From positions 6,607 through 70,606 of IMG/VR virus record IMGVR_UViG_3300037189_004270: a stretch of DNA of 64,000 bases; one strand, 5' to 3'. Positions 57,850 through 64,000 of this stretch are shown in pieces. Positions within the stretch are counted from its first letter, which is position 1; each line of letters starts with the position of its first letter. Source of the stretch: a virus. A program made the translations under genes and the position numbers. The notes beneath the pieces are model-generated. The model was not told the DNA's origin, ran no database searches, and saw nothing but the letters and a program-made list of their open reading frames with translations.

Positions 57850-60800
57850 GTGACTGATTTAGTACATCTACATGTTCATAGCCATTATAGCCTAATGGAT
57901 GGCCTTTCCTCACCAGCAGAGTTATTGTCAGCCGCAAAAGATCTGGGTCAGACTGCTCTCGCTGTGACAGATCACGGCACACTATCTTCCCACCGCGATA
58001 TGCAGAAGTCAGCACGCGAGGCAGGACTAAAGCCAATCCTGGGTGTAGAGGCTTATATCTCAGAGACAGATAGATTCGACAAGCGAGACATTAAGAGTCG
58101 TGACGACAACACTCAGGTATTCAATCACATCATCTTGCTTGCTAAGAATCAGGATGGGCTACAGAATCTTCAGAAGTTGTCTGAGTTGGCCTGGAATGAA
58201 GGTTTCTACCGTAAGCCACGAATCGACTTTGAAGTTTTGAGTGATTATGGTGATGGTCTTATTATCCTATCAGGATGCCTTAATGGTCTTATCACTAAGG
58301 CAATTCAGCGCGGGGACGAGGAGAAGGCTCGTAATATGCTCAAGTGGTTCAAGAACCGCTTTGAAAATGACTTCTACATGGAAGTTCAGCCACATAATCC
58401 ACCAGAGGTTAATCATTCACTACTTAATCTAGCAGATGAGTACAAGGTGAAACCAGTCACTACATCCGACTGCCACTTTGCCCGTGAAGATCAGAGGGCG
58501 GTAGAGGAAGCACTACTTATCCTGTCCACTAAGCCTAATATGAATAAGGATGCATCTTACGCATCTGGCAAGCAGATCAAGGATGTATTCGAAAGGCTTA
58601 ATCATCTGTACCCAGAACGTCCGATCTCCTTTGAAGGATGGGACCTATTCATTCAGAGCCGACTAGATATTGATAGTTGGTATAAGAAGTCTGGGATTGA
58701 TCGCACAGATATTTATGAAAGCACTTTAGAGATTGCAGATAAGATTGGAGAATATGAGTATTATGAGAATCTATCCCTTCTTCCTAAGCCAAAGAAGAAT
58801 CCAAACACACAGTTGCGGGAACTATGCGAAAAGTCTCTCTCAGAAAGAGGATTAGAAAATGATGAGTACCGTGCCAGGTTGGACGAGGAACTTGGAGTAA
58901 TTGAAGATAAGGACTTTGCTTCATACTTTCTAGTTGTTGCTGATATGATTCAGTACGCCAAGGGTGCGGATATTTTAGTAGGACCAGGAAGAGGATCAGC
59001 AGCAGGATCGCTAGTCTGCTTCCTTTTAGGAATTACAGAAGTAGATCCTATTGAGTATGATCTACTGTTCTTCCGATTTATTAATCCAGAACGAAACGAC
59101 TTCCCAGATATCGATACAGACTTTATGGATAGGCGTCGTAACGAGGTTAAGGAATACCTACGCAAAAAGTTTAAGAACGTTGCCAGTATTTCTACCTTCC
59201 AGTATTTTAAGGATAAGGGTGTTGTTCGTGACGCCTCCCGCGTGTATGCGGTGCCTCTAGGTGACGTTAACAAGGCACTAAAGGGTATCGAAACCTGGGA
59301 AGATTTTGAATCTAACCAGAATACTCGCTGGTTCCGTGACAAGTATCCAGAAGTTACAGACTTGGCTAGCAAACTCCGTGGAAGAATTCGTGCAGTTGGA
59401 GTCCATGCTGCAGGAGTTGTAGTCGCTAAAGAACCAATCTCAAAGTACGCTCCGATGGAAACTAGAAGTGATGCTAATGATAAGGTTAGCGGTCGCGTTC
59501 CAGTTGTTGCCTATGATATGGAGCAGGCGGCAGATATTGGATTGATTAAACTAGATGCTCTAGGACTTAAGACTCTTTCTGTTGTAAAGGACACCCTAGA
59601 CATTATTAATGATCGTCATGGAAACAATATTGATCTACACTCTATTTCATTGGATGATGAGTTAGTCTATCAAGATTTATCTAATGGATTTACTAAGGGA
59701 GTATTCCAGGCAGAAGCAACTCCTTATACTAATCTACTAATTAAGATGGGTGTGGAAAGATTTGAAGACCTTGTTGCTTCAAATGCTCTAGTGCGTCCTG
59801 GCGCTATGAATACCGTAGGCGCAGCATATATCGCACGCAAGCATGGTCGGGAACAAATTAAATATGTCCATGAGATAATGCGTCCTTTCACAGAACGGAC
59901 ATATGGTGTTATTATTTATCAGGAGCAAGTTATGCAGGCGTGTGTCCACCTTGGAGGTATGACATGGGCAGAGGCAGATAAGGTCCGAAAAATTATTGGA
60001 AAGAAGAAGGACGCAAAAGAGTTCGATGTATTCAGGGACAAGTTTATTTCTGGGGCTACAAAGCACATTAGCAAAGAGGACGCGGAGCATCTTTGGCACG
60101 ACTTTGAGGCACATGCTGGCTACTCCTTTAACCGATCTCATGCCGTTGCGTATTCAATGCTCTCGTATTGGACAGCATGGCTTAAGCATTACTATCCACT
60201 TGAGTTCATCTTTGCTATCCTCAAAAACGAGGGCGACAAGGACGCGAGAACAGAATACCTATTGGAAGCAAAGAGACTTGGACTAAAGGTTCTGCTTCCA
60301 CACGTTAACGAGTCAGACATTGAGTTTAGTCTGCAAGGAGACAGCATTAGATTCGGACTCGCTGATATTAAGTTTATTAGTGAAAGTATTAGTAGCAAGT
60401 TGATTGCTGCAAGGCCATTCAAAAACTATGCAGAACTACTTGAATTTTCTCAGAAGAAGGGTAGTGGTGTAAATAGTCGTGCCATTTCAGCGCTGAATGC
60501 TATAGGTGGAGCAGCATTTGATGACAATGCTCGCACCGGAAATGAATCTGAGAATTATTATGAGTACCTTAATATTCCTAAGTTTGATGTAAAGGGACTA
60601 TCACCATTCGTTAAGTCTCAGGTTTCTCCTCTAGAAGATTTTACTGAGGATGGGTGCTATGTGCTAATGGCTATGGTTAAATCAATTAAGAAGGGGCAGG
60701 GATGGTCCAGAGTAGAATTGGTAGACGATACAGGAGCAATTGGTATTTTCCACACAGAAAATACTCAAATCGAAACAGGGAACATGTACTTCTTCCTAGT

Positions 60801-61125
60801 TGGAGACAATCGAATTCATCGGTATGTTACCATAGAAGATGTAGTTGACAGAAGGCCAGACCCCTTTATTGAATTCCTTTACATGGAATCCACGCTTGCT
60901 GGCGAGGGAGAGAAGTATGTTGTTGACTTTACAAACTATAAAACAAAGGCTGGCAAGATGATGGCCCACGTTATTGTTTCTAACGATGTTAAAGAAATGC
61001 AAAGACTTATTGTATTCCCTAAATTATATCCGCAAGCGCTAGGAAAGATGAAGGCTGGAACAATTGTAGACCTTCAAATTGGTAAGATGGAAGATGGAAC
61101 ACTAACAGTTAGGAATGTAGGATGA
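57850..61125 (+). CDS. dnaE: DNA polymerase III alpha subunit
   Basis: HLHVHS.YS..DG PHP domain, GRGSAAGS, PDIDTDF, HAAGVV, YQEQVM, FNRSHA. Confidence 0.97.
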   Translation: MTDLVHLHVHSHYSLMDGLSSPAELLSAAKDLGQTALAVTDHGTLSSHRDMQKSAREAGLKPILGVEAYISETDRFDKRDIKSRDDNTQVFNHIILLAKNQDGLQNLQKLSELAWNEGFYRKPRIDFEVLSDYGDGLIILSGCLNGLITKAIQRGDEEKARNMLKWFKNRFENDFYMEVQPHNPPEVNHSLLNLADEYKVKPVTTSDCHFAREDQRAVEEALLILSTKPNMNKDASYASGKQIKDVFERLNHLYPERPISFEGWDLFIQSRLDIDSWYKKSGIDRTDIYESTLEIADKIGEYEYYENLSLLPKPKKNPNTQLRELCEKSLSERGLENDEYRARLDEELGVIEDKDFASYFLVVADMIQYAKGADILVGPGRGSAAGSLVCFLLGITEVDPIEYDLLFFRFINPERNDFPDIDTDFMDRRRNEVKEYLRKKFKNVASISTFQYFKDKGVVRDASRVYAVPLGDVNKALKGIETWEDFESNQNTRWFRDKYPEVTDLASKLRGRIRAVGVHAAGVVVAKEPISKYAPMETRSDANDKVSGRVPVVAYDMEQAADIGLIKLDALGLKTLSVVKDTLDIINDRHGNNIDLHSISLDDELVYQDLSNGFTKGVFQAEATPYTNLLIKMGVERFEDLVASNALVRPGAMNTVGAAYIARKHGREQIKYVHEIMRPFTERTYGVIIYQEQVMQACVHLGGMTWAEADKVRKIIGKKKDAKEFDVFRDKFISGATKHISKEDAEHLWHDFEAHAGYSFNRSHAVAYSMLSYWTAWLKHYYPLEFIFAILKNEGDKDARTEYLLEAKRLGLKVLLPHVNESDIEFSLQGDSIRFGLADIKFISESISSKLIAARPFKNYAELLEFSQKKGSGVNSRAISALNAIGGAAFDDNARTGNESENYYEYLNIPKFDVKGLSPFVKSQVSPLEDFTEDGCYVLMAMVKSIKKGQGWSRVELVDDTGAIGIFHTENTQIETGNMYFFLVGDNRIHRYVTIEDVVDRRPDPFIEFLYMESTLAGEGEKYVVDFTNYKTKAGKMMAHVIVSNDVKEMQRLIVFPKLYPQALGKMKAGTIVDLQIGKMEDGTLTVRNVG

Positions 61126-61313
61126 GTGAACAAGAAGTAGAACTAAACTTAGGAAAAGTTCTCATGGCTATTCTAAAGAGATATGGATCTGTAGAAGTAA
61201 GTCCACAGTCATTGCTAGAAGAAGTAGACGAGAACTATCAATTAAGAATTGATTTCAATGACGAAACAGAGATGTTTGAAATCACACTTGAGGAGACAAA
61301 TGCATCTGGATGA
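61122..61313 (+). CDS. Hypothetical protein
   Basis: Coupled ORF. Confidence 0.6.
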   Translation: MSEQEVELNLGKVLMAILKRYGSVEVSPQSLLEEVDENYQLRIDFNDETEMFEITLEETNASG

Positions 61314-61641
61314 TTTGGCAAACAGCCTTAATGAAACTTCTGTAGAGAAGGGCTTTTGGAGTCCTATGAGTCGCATGGAGTCAGAAGATAATTTTATTTT
61401 TTATGCGAAGCAACTAGCCATGATTCATTCTGAAGTTACTGAAGCGCTAGAAGCACTACGCAAAGATCAAGGTGACAAGAAGTTTGTTGAAGAACTAGCA
61501 GACATTATTATTCGTGTCCTAGATTTATGGGCTGGTATGAATAAAATGAGAGTGGCAAAGTTACCTTCAATTCACAATACCTTAAGAGATAAGGCATTGA
61601 TAAATAAAGGCAGAGAAAAGTTGCATGGCGTTCGTGGATGA
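61300..61641 (+). CDS. MazG-like nucleotide pyrophosphohydrolase
   Basis: HSEVTEALEALRK...EELADIIIR.LD; start after GAGGAG. Confidence 0.85.
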   Translation: MHLDDLANSLNETSVEKGFWSPMSRMESEDNFIFYAKQLAMIHSEVTEALEALRKDQGDKKFVEELADIIIRVLDLWAGMNKMRVAKLPSIHNTLRDKALINKGREKLHGVRG

Positions 61642-61656
61642 TATAATAGATATATC

Positions 61657-61938
61657 ATGGAAGGTTACGTCCTAACAGGTATAGAAAAAGAATATCTGTT
61701 AGTAATAAAGTCAAAAGACTACGAAACTATACTTTACTTAATAGATAGAATAGCCGCCAGCAGAAGAAAAGAATTTAAAGAGTTCGCCTTAGAATTAGAA
61801 AAGAGTTTAAATGATGATGGTCGCAGAAGAAATTCTAGCGAAACTAGACCCAAAAACAAGACAAAGAATTCAACTAGCAACAGAAGTAGACGTTCAAAAA
61901 CAGCAAACCCCCAGCATAGGACTAAACCTAGCCCTTAA
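61657..61938 (+). CDS. Hypothetical protein overlapping the recA start
   Basis: Preceded by TGATATAAT (61639-61647). Confidence 0.5.
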   Translation: MEGYVLTGIEKEYLLVIKSKDYETILYLIDRIAASRRKEFKEFALELEKSLNDDGRRRNSSETRPKNKTKNSTSNRSRRSKTANPQHRTKPSP

Positions 61939-62809
61939 GGGTGGACTAGGCTATGGTAGACAGGTCATGGTTTGGGGAAATAAGAGTGCGGGAAAGTCTT
62001 CATTCTGCCTACAAATGATTAGCGCAGCACAAAAAGAAGGAAAGACCTGTGCCTGGATTGATTCAGAGTCATCGTATTCCGCGTCTTGGGCGGAGGTACT
62101 TGGAGTTGATTCATCTCAATTAATCTATTCTCCAGCCAAGACTATTAATGACATGGTAGATGTAGGAACAAGTCTAATGACTGCTGGAGTTGATATTATT
62201 GTAGTTGACTCTATCTCTGCGCTACTCCCAGCCATCTACTTTGACAAAGATGGTGACGAACTAAAACAACTACAAGATACAAAGCAGATAGGCGCGGAAG
62301 CAAAGGACATGACACATGCAGTCAAAATGCTTAATTACGCTAATCAGAATACTCTCCTGGTACTCATCAGCCAACAAAGAAATCAATTTGGCAGTATGCA
62401 CGCATCACATATCCCAACTGGAGGAATGGCCGTTAAGTTCTTCTCCAGCACGGTCATCAAACTCTGGTCATCAGAAGCAGAAGCAAATCAGATAAAGGAT
62501 GAAGTTCAGGTTGGTGATAAGTTAATTCAGCAAAAGGTGGGAAGACCAGTCAACTGGATCGTTGATTACAATAAACTTGGCCCCCCAAATCTTTCTGGAC
62601 AATATGATTTTTATTACCAGGGATCACATGTTGGCGTAGATAAGGTAGCAGAAGTACTAGACGTAGCAGAAATGATGGGTAAGGTAGATCGTGGCGGTGC
62701 CTGGTACACAGTACTTGGAGAAAGACTTCAGGGAAGGGCTAAGGCTGTCCAATATTTAAGAGATAACCCTCAGGCAGTAGATACATTAGAGGCTATGATT
62801 TATGGCTGA
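61811..62809 (+). CDS. recA: RecA-like recombinase
   Basis: TPSIGLNLAL.GG; GNKSAGKS; WIDSE; IVVDS; TGG.A.KF; GAWY. Confidence 0.92.
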   Translation: MMMVAEEILAKLDPKTRQRIQLATEVDVQKQQTPSIGLNLALKGGLGYGRQVMVWGNKSAGKSSFCLQMISAAQKEGKTCAWIDSESSYSASWAEVLGVDSSQLIYSPAKTINDMVDVGTSLMTAGVDIIVVDSISALLPAIYFDKDGDELKQLQDTKQIGAEAKDMTHAVKMLNYANQNTLLVLISQQRNQFGSMHASHIPTGGMAVKFFSSTVIKLWSSEAEANQIKDEVQVGDKLIQQKVGRPVNWIVDYNKLGPPNLSGQYDFYYQGSHVGVDKVAEVLDVAEMMGKVDRGGAWYTVLGERLQGRAKAVQYLRDNPQAVDTLEAMIYG

Positions 62810-62981
62810 GTCATTAGAAGAATTCCTTAATATTAAGAATGACAAAGATTACAAAAAAGTTACTGGGTCTATGGAGTGTCAAGAATGCTCTGTCATAGTA
62901 AACGATGGATATCTTTATGATGATGGATCAACTATTCAATATACCTGTAGCCAAGGTCATACTTCAGAAATTAGGATTTAA
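62802..62981 (+). CDS. Small zinc-ribbon protein (59 aa, absent from the ORF track)
   Basis: MAESLEEFL...CQEC...CSQGH; fills the gap exactly, TAATG-coupled to the next gene. Confidence 0.75.
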   Translation: MAESLEEFLNIKNDKDYKKVTGSMECQECSVIVNDGYLYDDGSTIQYTCSQGHTSEIRI

Positions 62982-63292
62982 TGTCTGAGGCTAACGAAAT
63001 AAAGCGTGATGGAGCCAAGGGTCAAAAGAATTCAGGTCGGGGGCAGTACCAAAAAGGCGATGCTAAGTGGCACAACTTTGTAGTTGATTACAAGGAAACT
63101 GCTAAGTCAGTATCAGTAAACAAGGAGATGTGGGCTAAGATTTGTACGGATACATTTCGTGTAGATAGAAGTATGCATCCACTTCTTAAATTAATTATTG
63201 GCGAAGGTTCGTCAAAGGTTCGTTTAGCAGTAATTGAGTGGGACATTCTAGAGGAATTGGTAGAGGCTTATGAACGTGATAGAAACAGTTAG
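62981..63292 (+). CDS. Holliday junction resolvase-like PD-(D/E)XK nuclease
   Basis: E...NSG....KGD......VDYK. Confidence 0.6.
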   Translation: MSEANEIKRDGAKGQKNSGRGQYQKGDAKWHNFVVDYKETAKSVSVNKEMWAKICTDTFRVDRSMHPLLKLIIGEGSSKVRLAVIEWDILEELVEAYERDRNS

Positions 63293-63587
63293 TGAAATTA
63301 CAGAATTAAATGAAATATCAGAGTTCATGCAGGACCCTGATCTAGATGCCGCGATGGAACTGATAATCAAACTTATAGCAAAGCCTGATGTTCCTGCTGC
63401 TAAAGCACCAGAAATAATCACAAGGTTGCAGGCAATCGCAGCCAAGTTGCAAATAATGTCAAGGTATTACACCACTTTTGAAAAGGGGCCAGAGGCTTCA
63501 AAGAAAAAGAATGTTTACTATACTACTGCAGAAGCAGTAAATAAACTAGTAGACGCTCTGAAATATAATGCGAGGTTTGGTCTGTGA
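63270..63587 (+). CDS. Hypothetical helical protein
   Basis: Coupled ORF. Confidence 0.6.
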   Translation: MNVIETVSEITELNEISEFMQDPDLDAAMELIIKLIAKPDVPAAKAPEIITRLQAIAAKLQIMSRYYTTFEKGPEASKKKNVYYTTAEAVNKLVDALKYNARFGL

Positions 63588-64000
63588 GTAAAAATGTTGT
63601 TAAGAGTTTAAAGTTTAAAAAGGTAGACGGATTTGACTATGCAGAGTTCTCTTCCCTAATTGACAAGGCTTATAATGACAGAAAGCGCGGTAAAAGGGAC
63701 ATGCAGAAAAAAACATTTAGCCCTAGCACCGTAGGATATGGTCATGGAAACTGTCCAAGATATTGGTTTATTGCTTTTAATGGCGAGGAGTTTGACGAGA
63801 AGTTTGACGCAACCGCAATTGCCAACATGCTTAACGGAACATACGCCCACGAAAGACTGCAGAAGATTATAGAAGAAACTGGAGTTCTTAAAGAAACAGA
63901 GCGAGAGATTGTTTCAGAAGACCCACCAATTAGAGGCTTTGCTGACGTTGTGCTGGACTGGAATGATACAGAGATCATCGGTGAAATAAAGACGACTAAG
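63584..64000 (+). CDS. Cas4-like/PD-(D/E)XK exonuclease, 3'-truncated (absent from the ORF track)
   Basis: GTG start; FSPS...CPRYW...GTYAHERLQ...RGFAD...GEIKT. Confidence 0.8.
   Translation, partial: MSKNVVKSLKFKKVDGFDYAEFSSLIDKAYNDRKRGKRDMQKKTFSPSTVGYGHGNCPRYWFIAFNGEEFDEKFDATAIANMLNGTYAHERLQKIIEETGVLKETEREIVSEDPPIRGFADVVLDWNDTEIIGEIKTTK

Noticed and set aside
57850-61125. Intein or intron in dnaE, dnaB or recA
   Set aside because: Lengths are normal and conserved motifs are contiguous.

Overview
A 64 kb all-plus-strand fragment of a large tailed dsDNA phage. It is siphovirus-like (tail chaperone frameshift, 2086-aa tape measure, no sheath gene seen). The host is probably actinobacterial, inferred from leaderless TATAAT-N6-ATG starts and AGAAAGG-type SD sites. 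Gene order: endolysin C-terminus; about 24 kb of fibre/decoration genes with two enzyme cassettes; portal-protease-capsid-neck-tail; a GNAT pair; then replication/recombination genes (DnaB, DnaG, SSB, DnaE, MazG-like, RecA, resolvase, Cas4-like). The standout is a candidate virion-protein modification system. Two parallel cassettes each place a paralogous fibre protein next to a protein carrying an odd low-complexity insert (a mirror-spaced 24-Cys ladder in one; a PPFFP repeat plus degenerate Hint-like domain in the other). Each is followed by its own enzymes: together six prolyl-hydroxylase-like 2OG-Fe(II) oxygenases, a Gnt1/GT60-like hydroxyproline GlcNAc-transferase, four DUF6065-like proteins and a methyltransferase. 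All calls are from motif recognition by eye; no database searches were run.
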